A stretch of DNA of 64,000 bases from an uncultured Methylomirabilota bacterium (GCA_963718295.1 CAVQYV010000010.1:31679-95678); one strand, 5' to 3'; positions 18,910 through 30,600 are shown, numbered from the stretch's first letter. Numbers and translations: made by a program. The notes: a model not told the origin generated them from the sequence alone.

Positions 18910-20193
18910 ATGAAATACGTTCTCACGTCTAAACGAAAGGGCTGGATCACTTCACATCAGGGGTATCTGCCTGCGGTCTGTCTCGCCTTGTTGATGGCGA
19001 ATCTGATTTTCTTCGGGGGATGCTCCAGCGGGAAATCTGAGGTGCCAACCACCAGGCCGCCCGTGCCCGTCGCTGCGGCTGTGGTCATACAAAAGACTAT
19101 GCCGGTGCAGATTCGCACCATTGGCAGCGTGGAGGCCTATTCCACAGTCTCGATCAAAGCCCAGGTGGGAGGGACGCTGACCGCCGTCCACTTCAAAGAA
19201 GGACAAGATGTAAAGAGGGGGGATCTCCTCTTCACCATTGACTCACGGCCCTTGGAATCCGATCTAAAGCGTGCCGAAGCCAACCTGAACCGCAACATGG
19301 CGCAGTTGAAGCAGGCTCATGCTAACCTGGCAAGGGATATGGCCCAGTTGAAAAATGCGGAGTCGGAGGCTCGCCGTTTTGCAGACCTGATCAAGGAAGG
19401 TATTGCCACCCAACGCGACTATGATCAGGCCGGCACCAACGTCGAGGCGCTGCAGGCTGCCGTCGGCGCCGACAAAGCGGCGATAGAAAACGCGGAGGCG
19501 GCGATCCGGGCCGACAAAGCGGCGGTGGAAAGTGCAAAGCTGTCCCTGGCATACTGCTATATTCGCTCTCCCATGGATGGGCGCACCGGAAGCCTGATGG
19601 TCAATCAGGGAAATCTGATCAAGGCCAACGACACCCAAGCTCTGGTAGTCATCAACCAGATCAGCCCGATTTACGTCAATGTATCGATTCCCGAGAGGGA
19701 TCTTTTCCAGATCAAGAAGTATATGTTGGCTGGCAAGCTCGCGCTGGAGGCCATCATACCCAGCGACGGGGAGAAGTCCGAAACCGGATTCATCAGCTTC
19801 GTGGACAACGCCGTGGACCGTTCCACCGGCACCATCCGTCTCAAGGGAACCTTTGTCAATCAAGAAAAGCGGCTATGGCCCGGACAGTTCGTCCAGGTGG
19901 CCCTGACTTTGGCCATACAGCAAAACGCCGTAGTGGTGCCATCCCAGGCAGTTCAGGCGGCGCAGAAAGGGCAATACGTTTTCGTGGTCAAGCCCGATCT
20001 CTCCGTGGAAGTGCGGTCCGTAGCCGTAGGTGCCACGCTCAGTGGTGAGACCGTGATCGAGAAAGGGCTGCAGCCTGGCGAGAACGTGGTAACCGACGGT
20101 CAGCTTCGGCTCGTTCCGGGCGCCAAAGTAGAAGTGAAGAGCGGACCTGAGACCCTCCAAGGTCCCCCGGGCAGCAGGCAAAGCCCCACTTAA
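18910..20193 (+). CDS. RND efflux membrane fusion protein (MdtA-like)
   Basis: Lipobox FGGC; VDNAVDRSTGTI and LWPGQFV motifs. Confidence 0.9.
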   Translation: MKYVLTSKRKGWITSHQGYLPAVCLALLMANLIFFGGCSSGKSEVPTTRPPVPVAAAVVIQKTMPVQIRTIGSVEAYSTVSIKAQVGGTLTAVHFKEGQDVKRGDLLFTIDSRPLESDLKRAEANLNRNMAQLKQAHANLARDMAQLKNAESEARRFADLIKEGIATQRDYDQAGTNVEALQAAVGADKAAIENAEAAIRADKAAVESAKLSLAYCYIRSPMDGRTGSLMVNQGNLIKANDTQALVVINQISPIYVNVSIPERDLFQIKKYMLAGKLALEAIIPSDGEKSETGFISFVDNAVDRSTGTIRLKGTFVNQEKRLWPGQFVQVALTLAIQQNAVVVPSQAVQAAQKGQYVFVVKPDLSVEVRSVAVGATLSGETVIEKGLQPGENVVTDGQLRLVPGAKVEVKSGPETLQGPPGSRQSPT

Positions 20194-20215
20194 AAAGCAT
20201 ATCGGGTAAAGATAA

Positions 20216-23200
20216 ATGACGCAGAACCCTCTGGGATCTAAAGATGCCTCCCCGCAAACGCGGGGAGGCAATGTGTCCGAGCTGTTCATTCGCCGACCGG
20301 TGATGACCACCCTCATCATGCTGGCCATCCTGCTATTCGGCGTCATTGCTTATCGGGTCTTGCCGGTGAGTGACCTGCCGAATGTGGATTTCCCCACCCT
20401 CTTGGTGAACGCCAGCCTGCCTGGGGCCAGCCCGGAAACGATGGCCTCGGCGGTGGCAACCCCTCTGGAGCGGCAGTTTTCTACCATCGCCGGCCTGGAT
20501 TCCATGAACTCCACCAATGGTCTGGGGGTGACTTTAATCACCCTCCAGTTCAGCCTGGACCGGAACATCGATGCCGCCGCCCAGGATGTGCAGGCGGCCA
20601 TTACCAAAGCCACAAAACAGCTCCCCCAGAATATGCCCACTCCTCCCGCTTACCAGAAGGTTAACCCTGCTGACCAACCCGTTCTTTATCTGAGCCTGAG
20701 CTCGCCTATCCTTCCTCTCTCTACCATAAATCGATACGCAGATACATTCATTGCCCCGCGAATCTCGATGATCAGCGGTGTGGCCCAAGTTCAGATCTTT
20801 GGCTCCCAGAAGTATGCCGTTCGAGCCCAGCTCGATCCGCAAGCCCTGGCTTCGCGCGCCATTGGAATCGACGAGGTAGCCTCTGCCGTAGCAAAGGGGA
20901 ACGTGAACCTGCCTACCGGGACTTTGCAGGGAGCCCACCGGGCCTTTACGGTACAGGCCAATGGGCAACTCACCGAGGCGGCTGCTTACCGTCCCCTGAT
21001 CGTAGCCTACCGTAACGGTCAGCCCGTGAGGCTGGAAGAGCTGGGGAGGGTCATCGACAGCGTGGAAATGGACAAGGTGGCCAGCTGGTACAATGAAACC
21101 CGCGCCATCGTCCTGGCCATCCAACGTCAACCGGGTACGAACACGGTGGAAGTGGTAGATGCGATTCAGAAACTCTTGCCCACTTTTAAGTCGCAGCTCC
21201 CGGCCTCGATTGCCCTGGACACGATCTATGATCGCTCCATGTCGATTCGGGAGTCGGTCAGTGATGTCAAGTTCACCCTCTTCCTGGCGATTTGCCTGGT
21301 CATCTTCGTGATCTTTCTCTTTCTGCGCAACCTCTCCGCCACATTGATTCCCAGCCTGGCACTGCCTTTTTCGATCATCGGCACCTTCACCGTTATGTAT
21401 CTTCTGGGCTACAGCCTGGATAACCTCTCCTTGATGGCTTTGATTCTCTCGGTGGGCTTTGTGGTGGACGACGCCATCGTCATGCTGGAGAATATCGTGC
21501 GGCACTTGGAGCAGGGGGAAAAACCCTTGCAGGCGGCCCTGAACGGATCCAAAGAGGTTGGCTTCACGATTGTTTCCATGACCCTTTCCCTGGTGGCGGT
21601 TTTCATCCCGGTCCTCTTCATGGGGGGAATCCTGGGACGATTGCTCAATGAATTCGCCGTTACGATCAGCGTGGCTATCTTGGTCTCCGGCGTAGTCTCC
21701 CTGAGCCTCACCCCGTTGCTATGCAGCCGTTTCCTGCGGCCCCCCAGCGGGCAGAAACATAATCGCCTCTACGCGGCCTCCGAGCGAGTCTTCCAATGGA
21801 CGCTCGACTTTTATGGCAGGAGCCTGAGAGGGGCATTGAAGCACCGCCGGGCCACTATGATCATTATGGCTGTCACTCTCGTCGCTACGGGATACCTTTT
21901 CGTCAAGGTTCCCACGGGATTCCTGCCGAACGAGGATACTGGTGCCATCTTTGGCTTCACGGAGGCGGTCCAAGGAATTTCTTTTGACGACATGGCGCGA
22001 CACCAGCAGCGCATTGTCGAGGCCATCCGGAAGGATCCCAACATTGCCTCCGTATTCTCCAGCATTGGGGCTAGTGGTAACTGGGTGGGGGCCAATAGCG
22101 GTCGAGTCTTTATTCGCCTTAAACCTCGCTCTGAGCGCAAATTGAACGCGGACGCCATTATTCAGGAGTTTAGGAAGAAAGTAGTGGGGATCCCTGGAAT
22201 CCAGGTGTTCCTGCAGAATCTTCCCCCCATCCGGATCGGGGGACAGCTGACCAAGAGCGTATATCAGTTAACCCTGCAGGATCCGGACACCCAGGAGCTT
22301 TACCGATATGTTCCCATACTGGAGGAGAAGATGCGGGCGCTGCCCGGACTCCAGGATGTGACCTCTGACCTGCATATCAAGAATCCTCAGGTGAACGTCG
22401 AGATCGACCGGGAGAAGGCCGCTGCCCTCGGAGTTACCGCAGAGCAGATCGAAGATGCCCTGTACACCTCTTATGGAACCCGTCAGATCTCGACCATCTA
22501 TGCGCCCGATAATCAGTATATGGTGATCATGGAGCTCTTGCCCCAATACCAGCTGGATCCCTCGGTCCTATCCATGCTTTACGTGCGCTCCTCCAAAGGT
22601 CAACTCGTGCCTTTGAATGCGGTGGCGGATCTGTCCACAGGTCTGGGGCCTTTAACCGTAAACCACCTGGGCCAACTTCCTGCTGTTACCATCTCCTTCA
22701 ACCTCAAACCAGGCGTCTCTCTGGGCGATGCAGTTGCTGCAGTAGAAGAACTGACCCGTAGCACTTTACCGCCCACCATCAGCACGAGCTTTCAAGGCAT
22801 GGCCCAGGCATTTCAATCCTCCATGAAGAATCTATGGATCCTCTTGATCATGGCCATCCTGGTCATCTACCTGGTGCTGGGCATCCTCTACGAGAGCTTC
22901 CTCCACCCTTTGACGATCCTTTCCGGCCTGCCGGCTGCCGGGTTCGGTGCCTTGTTGACCCTGCTAATCTTTCATAAGGATCTGAACCTTTACGCCTTTG
23001 TGGGCGTCATCATGCTGGTAGGTCTGGTGAAGAAGAACGGCATCATCATGATCGATTTCGCCCTGGATGCCCAGAGAAAGGAAGGGAAAAATCCTTTTGA
23101 TGCCATTCATGAGGCGTGCGTGGTGCGATTCCGTCCTATTATGATGACCACCATGTCCGCCCTCATGGGCACTTTACCGATCGCCTTGGGCTATGGGGCG

Positions 23201-23389
23201 GGAGGGGAAGCACGGCAGGGCCTGGGCCTGGCCGTAGTGGGAGGCCTGCTCGTCTCCCAATTGCTGACCCTCTATATCACCCCGGTCGTTTACACCTACA
23301 TCGAATCTTTCCGGGAAAGGACTGCCAATCGAGCCCGGGTCCGACGCCGGCTGACACCGGAGGCCCAGATCGCACCCGCCGCCGAGTAA
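20216..23389 (+). CDS. RND efflux permease (MdtB/MdtC-like)
   Basis: FIRRPVMT, GFVVDDAIVMLEN and RFRPIMMTT motifs; 1057 aa. Confidence 0.95.
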   Translation: MTQNPLGSKDASPQTRGGNVSELFIRRPVMTTLIMLAILLFGVIAYRVLPVSDLPNVDFPTLLVNASLPGASPETMASAVATPLERQFSTIAGLDSMNSTNGLGVTLITLQFSLDRNIDAAAQDVQAAITKATKQLPQNMPTPPAYQKVNPADQPVLYLSLSSPILPLSTINRYADTFIAPRISMISGVAQVQIFGSQKYAVRAQLDPQALASRAIGIDEVASAVAKGNVNLPTGTLQGAHRAFTVQANGQLTEAAAYRPLIVAYRNGQPVRLEELGRVIDSVEMDKVASWYNETRAIVLAIQRQPGTNTVEVVDAIQKLLPTFKSQLPASIALDTIYDRSMSIRESVSDVKFTLFLAICLVIFVIFLFLRNLSATLIPSLALPFSIIGTFTVMYLLGYSLDNLSLMALILSVGFVVDDAIVMLENIVRHLEQGEKPLQAALNGSKEVGFTIVSMTLSLVAVFIPVLFMGGILGRLLNEFAVTISVAILVSGVVSLSLTPLLCSRFLRPPSGQKHNRLYAASERVFQWTLDFYGRSLRGALKHRRATMIIMAVTLVATGYLFVKVPTGFLPNEDTGAIFGFTEAVQGISFDDMARHQQRIVEAIRKDPNIASVFSSIGASGNWVGANSGRVFIRLKPRSERKLNADAIIQEFRKKVVGIPGIQVFLQNLPPIRIGGQLTKSVYQLTLQDPDTQELYRYVPILEEKMRALPGLQDVTSDLHIKNPQVNVEIDREKAAALGVTAEQIEDALYTSYGTRQISTIYAPDNQYMVIMELLPQYQLDPSVLSMLYVRSSKGQLVPLNAVADLSTGLGPLTVNHLGQLPAVTISFNLKPGVSLGDAVAAVEELTRSTLPPTISTSFQGMAQAFQSSMKNLWILLIMAILVIYLVLGILYESFLHPLTILSGLPAAGFGALLTLLIFHKDLNLYAFVGVIMLVGLVKKNGIIMIDFALDAQRKEGKNPFDAIHEACVVRFRPIMMTTMSALMGTLPIALGYGAGGEARQGLGLAVVGGLLVSQLLTLYITPVVYTYIESFRERTANRARVRRRLTPEAQIAPAAE

Positions 23390-23678
23390 AGCCGGCCGCT
23401 GAGCTCACCAGGAGGATCGACAGGAAACGGAGAGGAAAATAGGCAGACCAGTGGGAAAGAGGCCTATGGGAAAAGCTTGGAAGAACTGCTGGAGGTTCCT
23501 GTCCTTCTGGGCTATGAAGCCTTGAAGGCTGGACGACCGCTGGGGGAAAGGGATAAATCTATCGGCAGGTAGGCACCGGACAGATCAGATCTCGGAGGAT
23601 CGCGGTGCCTATTCTATTCATAGGGGGGGGATCTCTTCCCCCATGAGAGCTACAGCCAAGGGAAAACGGATATCCCGG

Positions 23679-25370
23679 CTATTGCTTCTTCTCCGCCTTC
23701 GCGATCTTGGCCCATGGATCCACCAAGGTCACGGCCCGGTTGAATACCAACCTGCCGTTTACGGAATCAGGATCCACGCAGAAATAGCCCAGCCTCTCGA
23801 ACTGGTGGTGGCTGCCCGGCATTGCACCCCTCAAGCTGGGCTCCATCTGGCAGCCTGTTAATATCTCCAGGGAATTCGGGTTCAAGGAGAACCTGAAGTC
23901 CTCATCCTCTTCACCTGGATTGGCCTTCCGGAAGAGGTGGTCGTAGAGCCGGACCTCCGCCGGAATCGCATGGGCAGCCGAAACCCAGTGCAGTGTCGCC
24001 TTGACCTTCCGTCCGTCCGGCGCGTCCCCTCCCCGGGTCTTGGGGTCATAGGTGCAGTGCAATTCGACCACTTCGCCGGTCTCCTCGTCCTTCACCACCT
24101 CCACACATTTGACGAAATAAGCATAGCGTAGCCGCACCTCGCGCCCCGGGGCCAGACGGTAGAACTTGGGAGGTGGATCCTCCCGAAAGTCCTCCCGCTC
24201 GATGTATAGCACCCGGGAGAAGGGGACCTTGCGCGTGCCCATACTGGGATCCTCCGGATTGTTGACGGCATCCATCTCTTCCGCCAGACCTTCCGGATAG
24301 TTCTCTATCACCACCCGAAGGGGGCGCAGGACTCCCATCGCCCGAGGGGCGCGCTTATTCAGATCTTCACGAAGAGAATCCTCCAGCAGGGCGATGTCCA
24401 CAATACTGTTATTCTTGGCCACCCCGATTCGATTGCAGAAGGCTCGGATGGATTCGGGAGTATACCCCCTCCTCCGCAGACCTGAGAGGGTAGGCATGCG
24501 GGGATCGTCCCAGCCCTTCATATGTCCCTCGTTTACCAACAGAAGCAGCTTTCGCTTGCTCAAAACCGTATAGCTCACATTCAGGCGCGCGAACTCGATC
24601 TGTTGAGGATGATAGACTCCCAACTCATCCAAGAACCAATCATAGAGTGGGCGATGATCCTCGAATTCCAGCGTGCAGATGGAATGGGTGATGCCTTCGA
24701 TGGAATCGCAGAGGCCATGGGCGAAATCATACATGGGATAGATGCACCATAGCTCGCCGGTCCGGTGATGTTCCAGGTGAAGGATGCGGTATATGACCGG
24801 ATCTCGCATATTTAGATTGGCAGAGGCCATATCGATCTTCGCCCGAAGCACGTGGGCACCGTTTTCAAACTCGCCGGCCCGCATGCGCTGGAATAAACCC
24901 AGGTTCTCCTCGAGGGAACGGCTCCGATACGGACTCGCCTTGCCCGGTTCGGTCAGAGTGCCTCGATACTCTCTGATCTCATCTGCACTGAGGCTGTCCA
25001 CATAGGCCTTCCCATTTTCAATGAGCTTGGCGGCGTATCCATAGAGCTGCTCGAAGTAGTCGGAGGCGTAAAAGAGGCGATCATCCCAATCGAACCCGAG
25101 CCATCGGACATCCTTGATAATGGAATTCACATACTCGATGTCCTCCTTGCTCGGATTGGTATCATCGAATCGCAGATTGCACAGGCCCTTGAATTCGGCA
25201 GCCAGCCCGAAATTGAGGCAGATCGATTTGGCGTGTCCAATATGCAGATATCCATTGGGCTCAGGAGGAAATCGGGTATGGACCCGGCCTCCGTACTTGT
25301 TGGTCGCCATATCCTCGATGATGATATTGCGAACGAAGTTGGGGGGGGCAATGGAATCCGGTCTGCTCAT
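23679..25370 (-). CDS. glnS: Glutamine--tRNA ligase
   Basis: [20 protein letters not shown] and FERLGYF motifs. Confidence 0.97.
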   Translation of the reverse strand: MSRPDSIAPPNFVRNIIIEDMATNKYGGRVHTRFPPEPNGYLHIGHAKSICLNFGLAAEFKGLCNLRFDDTNPSKEDIEYVNSIIKDVRWLGFDWDDRLFYASDYFEQLYGYAAKLIENGKAYVDSLSADEIREYRGTLTEPGKASPYRSRSLEENLGLFQRMRAGEFENGAHVLRAKIDMASANLNMRDPVIYRILHLEHHRTGELWCIYPMYDFAHGLCDSIEGITHSICTLEFEDHRPLYDWFLDELGVYHPQQIEFARLNVSYTVLSKRKLLLLVNEGHMKGWDDPRMPTLSGLRRRGYTPESIRAFCNRIGVAKNNSIVDIALLEDSLREDLNKRAPRAMGVLRPLRVVIENYPEGLAEEMDAVNNPEDPSMGTRKVPFSRVLYIEREDFREDPPPKFYRLAPGREVRLRYAYFVKCVEVVKDEETGEVVELHCTYDPKTRGGDAPDGRKVKATLHWVSAAHAIPAEVRLYDHLFRKANPGEEDEDFRFSLNPNSLEILTGCQMEPSLRGAMPGSHHQFERLGYFCVDPDSVNGRLVFNRAVTLVDPWAKIAKAEKKQ

Positions 25371-25668
25371 ATGAAATGCTCCATCCTCGTTTCTTCCATC
25401 GGTTTCATCCGATCCAAATTCAGAAGTTAGCCTTCCCATTCCTTTCAAAGGCTCTATTGTAAGGCGAAACGGGAGATTTGGCAAAGAAAATCTCTTATGA
25501 GTCTAAGCCTTGCTGTTGACTTGTAACCTCTGGTTCCAGTATGGTTGGACCCGACAGGATCTGAGTGATCCACTCCTGCTCCGGAGCGCCTCCGAGGTCT
25601 GCTGGCATCAGGGATATAGGGCTTGGGGCTCACCCGGGCGGGCGCAATGACAGAATCGAGGAGGAATC

Positions 25669-26709
25669 ATGACCCGAAATAGGCAGGTCTTAACGCTTGC
25701 TTTCGCCTTGGTCATAATCGCATTTGCAGCTGCTTTGGCCTTTTCCGAGGAAAGCGCTCCGGCATCGAAGCCGACTCGATCGGAAAAGGCTGCCCCCAGT
25801 CCTGCCCCTGGCACGGTCGCCACTGTAAATGGATCCAAAATCTCAGAAAAGGATCTTCGTTCAGCGATAGAGGCCATAAGGAGAGGTTCTCCCGGATCCT
25901 ACCAGTCTCCCAGGGACGATCCAAAACTGCGCAAGTTAGCTCTGAACCAACTTATTGCCTACGAGTTGCTTTACCAGGATGCCATCACCCTGGGGATCAA
26001 GGACATAGACAAGCGGGCCAACGATATGCTGGCGGATGCGGAGAGACAGGCCGGGTCCAAAGAAGAATTCAAGAAGCAGTTGGCCCAGGAGAAAATGACC
26101 ATTGAACAGGCGCGCAGGAACATGAAGAAGAATCTCCTAATACAGGCCTACGTGGAGAAAAGGATCGTCCCCAGAATCAAGGTGACCGAAAAGGAGATCC
26201 AGGCTTATTACCAGGGGAACAAAGACCGATTCAAGCACGACGAGCTGGTAGGGGCCCGCCACATCTTGATCGCAATTCCCAAAGACGCGACCGAGCAACA
26301 GAAGGCGACGGCCCAAGAGAAGATCTCCTTGCTGCGCCAGGATTTAATAGGGGGCAAGGACTTCGCAAATCTGGCGAGGATCTATTCGGATTGTCCCAGT
26401 AAGGATCGGGGCGGAGATCTGGGATATTTCTCCCAGGGAACCATGGTGCCCGAGTTTGAGAAGGTTGCATTCTCCCTGAAGGAGGGTGAGATCAGTGAAG
26501 TGGTACAAACCGCACACGGCTACCATCTGATCCAGGTCTATGGGAGAAAACCCGCCGGAACCTTGCCGCTGGGGGAAGTGACAGACCAACTGGAAAAAGA
26601 ACTGAGAGGCAAGAAGACCGGCGAGGCGGTGAACGCAAGGGTCCAAAGCTTAGCAAAAAAGGCAAAGATCGAGATTCTGGACCAGAAGGCCGGTGGCAAA
26701 GAGAGGTAA
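25669..26709 (+). CDS. PrsA/SurA-like parvulin PPIase, paralog 2
   Basis: GAGGAGG RBS; same motifs as 17757..18794. Confidence 0.9.
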   Translation: MTRNRQVLTLAFALVIIAFAAALAFSEESAPASKPTRSEKAAPSPAPGTVATVNGSKISEKDLRSAIEAIRRGSPGSYQSPRDDPKLRKLALNQLIAYELLYQDAITLGIKDIDKRANDMLADAERQAGSKEEFKKQLAQEKMTIEQARRNMKKNLLIQAYVEKRIVPRIKVTEKEIQAYYQGNKDRFKHDELVGARHILIAIPKDATEQQKATAQEKISLLRQDLIGGKDFANLARIYSDCPSKDRGGDLGYFSQGTMVPEFEKVAFSLKEGEISEVVQTAHGYHLIQVYGRKPAGTLPLGEVTDQLEKELRGKKTGEAVNARVQSLAKKAKIEILDQKAGGKER

Positions 26710-26766
26710 GCGACCGGAATCATTGCTGCCTGTTCTTTCTAATGAATCATGAAGCGTTCCAGTTCA

Positions 26767-27720
26767 TTAGCCAATGGATTCCTTGGGAAACTCGACTCCC
26801 GCCGTGTAGAATAAGGGCATCTCCGGGATCATCTGATAGATGTGGACCTTGACGCCCGGGTTTACTGCAATCTGAAGATAAGCATCCCGCTGACTCATCT
26901 GATGCTCCTCCACCAGCCATTCCATCAGAAGGAAGGCCGCCTTCGTGACCGCATGTTCGAGAGGCCGGGAATTATAGAGAGCAATCAGGCTGGTGGGTGT
27001 CTCGATCCGCGGATAGGGGATCTTCTTGCCTGGGATCACTTCCACCGAGAGGGTGACCTCGGCCCTGGTCTCCGCCGCCACCGAGGAGAACTCGGTATCC
27101 CCCTGGCAGGCATGCACATCCCCGACGAAGAGAAGCCCCCCTTCATTCTGGCTGTTCACGAAAAAGGTGTTCCCGGGTTTCACGTCCTGGCAATCGAGAT
27201 TTCCTCCTCCGATCCCCTGCCCATAGATGCTGGTAAGGACTTCTCGCTCGGGGGCTACCGCGATCGTTCCTATGAAAGGGGCAGCCGCCCAGGAGATCCT
27301 TTCGTTGAACCAGATCCTCCCATCCCTCATCGTGCCGCTTGGCCCGGGTTGGTGGCGCAGCACATGCGTCCAGGGCACAGCGGCCTCGGACCACTTCAGG
27401 GTATCGTGCAGGGGCCCGCGGCGATCTGAGAAGGTATAGCTTTGATCCTCAGCCACTAAGATATCATCTATCTTGATAGCCAATAAATCACCCCGTCTCG
27501 CCCCTTCGATGAAGATCGGTCCGCCCACCGGATTGGCCGAAGGTGGCCAGGTATCGAGGAGCGGCCGGTCCAGAGGAGACTTCCCCTCCTCCCGCAGGTA
27601 TCCGGAGGCGGCGTCTTCGGTCTCGACCACAAACTTCTCTCCGGGGGCCACTCGCAATTTGGGAGGCAGGGCACGATCAAAAACATACACTTTGGCTTGG
27701 TCGCGAGGTATGCGCTTCAT
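26767..27720 (-). CDS. Acetamidase/formamidase family protein
   Basis: NPVGGPIFIEGA, GGNLD and GDVHACQGDTE motifs. Confidence 0.9.
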   Translation of the reverse strand: MKRIPRDQAKVYVFDRALPPKLRVAPGEKFVVETEDAASGYLREEGKSPLDRPLLDTWPPSANPVGGPIFIEGARRGDLLAIKIDDILVAEDQSYTFSDRRGPLHDTLKWSEAAVPWTHVLRHQPGPSGTMRDGRIWFNERISWAAAPFIGTIAVAPEREVLTSIYGQGIGGGNLDCQDVKPGNTFFVNSQNEGGLLFVGDVHACQGDTEFSSVAAETRAEVTLSVEVIPGKKIPYPRIETPTSLIALYNSRPLEHAVTKAAFLLMEWLVEEHQMSQRDAYLQIAVNPGVKVHIYQMIPEMPLFYTAGVEFPKESIG

Positions 27721-28031
27721 GTAGTTCCCCCTCTCATGAAATGAGTCTGTGCATGGGTATACATGATGTGCGGGGTTCAAATCAACCCCCTTTCTGTGAC
27801 AGCCAAGCGTCTCTTCCGGATTGCAGCTGCCCCAGATTCCGAAATCAACGAGCTCTGCCGCGGGGGAGTTCCAGCAGGAAATGCCAATATAGAGTTGACA
27901 AAGATGCGCAAAAAAAGTAAATAACCCATCTGGAAGCTGCTGGCGGCAAGCTGCGAGGATTGTGCTCGCCATGCATTCCAGATTCGATCTGAGCCCACGC
28001 CACTATGGGCGCCTTACGAAAGGAGACGACC

Positions 28032-28790
28032 ATGAATTTAAGATTTGAACCCGTGAAAAGGATGGCAGTAGTGCTCGGGATCCTCCTCGCCGTTCTTCAA
28101 ATGGCCTCAGGGGCCTTCGCGCAGGAAGGACAGAAGAAAAAGTGGAGCGATCAGGCAGAGTTTACCTTCGTGGATACCGGGGGAAACACCGATGTAACCA
28201 CGATCGCCGGTAAGAATACCCTGAAATATGATTTTACGGACAAGTGGATCGCTTCGTGGGTTATTGGTGCGCTATACGGCAAGGACCATGGGGTGAGGAC
28301 GGCGGAGAGATATTATTCCGATCTCAGGCTGGACTACCTGTACACGGATCGGCTCTATTTCTACGGCCTCGCAGGGTGGATGAAGGATACCTTTGCCGGC
28401 ATCGATAATCGCTACTATGGCGGGCCCGGAGCCGGCTATAAGTTCGTGACCGGACCGAGGCACTTCCTGCTTGGTGAGCTGGGGCTGAATTACGCCAAGG
28501 AGGATTACACCGATGGCACTGATAATGACTTCCTCCAGGGCCGGGCTTTTGGCCAATATATCTGGGCTTTTACGGATAAGACCCGGTTTAGCCAGGACCT
28601 CGAGTTCCTCTATGATTTCTCCGATTCGGAAAACTACGGCATCAATTCGATCACGGCACTTACCACTGCCCTGAACAGTTTCCTCTCCCTGAAGGCCAGT
28701 TATGCGATAAGGTACGATAATGAACCGGTGCCCGACAATCTGAGAAAGACGGACACCATTCTTGCGATCGCACTGGTAGTAAACTATTAG
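28032..28790 (+). CDS. DUF481/YdiY-like outer-membrane beta-barrel
   Basis: Signal peptide, DTGGNTD, alternating aromatic strands, C-terminal LVVNY. Confidence 0.85.
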   Translation: MNLRFEPVKRMAVVLGILLAVLQMASGAFAQEGQKKKWSDQAEFTFVDTGGNTDVTTIAGKNTLKYDFTDKWIASWVIGALYGKDHGVRTAERYYSDLRLDYLYTDRLYFYGLAGWMKDTFAGIDNRYYGGPGAGYKFVTGPRHFLLGELGLNYAKEDYTDGTDNDFLQGRAFGQYIWAFTDKTRFSQDLEFLYDFSDSENYGINSITALTTALNSFLSLKASYAIRYDNEPVPDNLRKTDTILAIALVVNY

Positions 28791-29016
28791 GTATGGGGAG
28801 CGATTTGCCGGCCCGAGCGTCGCGAGTAATCCCATCCGAGTTGGCGGTTCAGAGAGCGGGCACAACCAGGACGTGAGAGGCAGGTTTTCGGCAAGGAGGG
28901 GTTGATTGGGCTTGAGGTGAGTTCAGGAGGGGTATGGGCTTAGTTAGCAGATCCCCAAAAGGGGGAACCTGAAATTAGGCCCTTGATTTGCCAATGGAAG
29001 GAAAGGGTGATCTTAC

Positions 29017-29544
29017 ATGGAGCAATCGCCCCAAAGATTCTTCGATCCATCCATCATAAGGACCCTGATTCGGATGGAGGAGATCCAGTTTCGAGGGCAG
29101 GGGACATCGCCAGAGAAGCTGAGGGCCATCAAGAAGGGGCTTCTCACCTTTCATGATCTGGAGACCATGGCCGCCAATCTCTACAAATTTCAACTGACAA
29201 GGGGCCCCTCGGAGCTCAATCGTCAGCTGCTCGCTGCCATGTGCAACGAGATGACCCATATCGAGGACTTCCAGGTCAAGCTCTATGAATACGGCTGGAG
29301 GCCGAACAAATTCCGCTGGGCCTTCTGGATTGTGGGTTTTGTCATCGGATTCGGTTCTCGTCTTTGCGGTCCCCGTTCCATTTTGAGGGCAGCCCGCTGG
29401 GTGGAAACCAAGGCCGTTCAGCACTATGGAGAACTGCTTCTATCCGTAGATTGGGATGAGGACACCCGAGCTGTCATAGAAAAGGACCGATCGGACGAAA
29501 TCGGGCATGTCAATCGATGGGATACGCTTCTGAAAACGATGTGA
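29017..29544 (+). CDS. Ferritin-like diiron protein (COQ7/demethoxyubiquinone hydroxylase family)
   Basis: LETMAANLY...NEMTH...VETKAVQHY...DEIGH diiron ligand pattern. Confidence 0.75.
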   Translation: MEQSPQRFFDPSIIRTLIRMEEIQFRGQGTSPEKLRAIKKGLLTFHDLETMAANLYKFQLTRGPSELNRQLLAAMCNEMTHIEDFQVKLYEYGWRPNKFRWAFWIVGFVIGFGSRLCGPRSILRAARWVETKAVQHYGELLLSVDWDEDTRAVIEKDRSDEIGHVNRWDTLLKTM

Positions 29545-29586
29545 GAAAGCCCGTGCGATGGAGAGGGTGGGGGTGATATCATGCCT

Positions 29587-30600
29587 TCACGCTAACTTGG
29601 AACGCCGGACATAGTCAGCCGCCATCAAAATCGCCTCCTTCATGCTGACTGCGCTGGCTGTCCCCCTGCCTGCGATGTCGAAGGCAGTTCCATGATCCAC
29701 CGAGGTCCGAAGGAAAGGCAGCCCCAGGGTGACAGAGATGGTCCGTTCGAAGTCGACCATCTTGGTGGCAATGTGGCCCTGGTCGTGGTAGAGAGACAAA
29801 ACCGCACTGTATTGGCCCTGGAGGGCCTGGTGAAAGACCGAGTCCGCAGGTAGAGGGCCTACCACCGGGAAACCCAGACGCTGGGCCTCCTGGATGGCGG
29901 GCTCGATCTGGTAAACCTCCTCCTCTCCAAAAAGGCCGTGTTCGCCGCTGTGCGGGTTGAGACCCGCGACTGCCAAGCTCCCCTCCCTCACTCCGAGTTG
30001 GAGCAGGGCCTCCGAGCACCGTTGAATGTAGGATAGCAGCCGCTCCCTAGTGACCATCTCGCAGGCCTTGCCAAGGGATACATGCCGGGAGAGGAAGAAA
30101 ACCCTCAGCGTGCGGACCTGGAACATGGTCAAAGGATCATGGCTTGCCGTGAGAGCCGCGAGAATCTCCGTGTGGCCGATGAAATCCACCTCGGCCTCCT
30201 TGAGGGCCTCCTTATGGATGGGGCCCGTGGCGATCGCTTCCACCCGGCCGGAGGAGGCAAGCTCAACAGCCTTCTTGATGTATTCAAAGGCCGCCCGCCC
30301 ACACATTGCCTGAACCGCTCCCATTTGCAGTGAATCCTGATCCACATTGCTCAGGTCCAGCAGGTTGATCGTTCCAGGCCTATACGCTCCCTCCTCCGGG
30401 CCCGTGATAACCCTGATTTCTGCCTGAACGCCGTAGGATTTGGCAGTCTGCTTCATTACCCCCCAGTCACCGATTACCAGGGGTCTGGACGCGGCCACCA
30501 CTCCCTGATCCTCCAGCGCCTTGAGGGCGATCTCCGGCCCGATTCCTGCCGGATCACCCATGGTAACTACTATGAGGGGCCTCTCTATCTTCCACTCCAC
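29587..30600 (-). CDS. pdxA: PdxA-family dehydrogenase (PdxA or PdxA2)
   Basis: [28 protein letters not shown] and [14 protein letters not shown] motifs. Confidence 0.93.
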   Translation of the reverse strand: MEWKIERPLIVVTMGDPAGIGPEIALKALEDQGVVAASRPLVIGDWGVMKQTAKSYGVQAEIRVITGPEEGAYRPGTINLLDLSNVDQDSLQMGAVQAMCGRAAFEYIKKAVELASSGRVEAIATGPIHKEALKEAEVDFIGHTEILAALTASHDPLTMFQVRTLRVFFLSRHVSLGKACEMVTRERLLSYIQRCSEALLQLGVREGSLAVAGLNPHSGEHGLFGEEEVYQIEPAIQEAQRLGFPVVGPLPADSVFHQALQGQYSAVLSLYHDQGHIATKMVDFERTISVTLGLPFLRTSVDHGTAFDIAGRGTASAVSMKEAILMAADYVRRSKLA

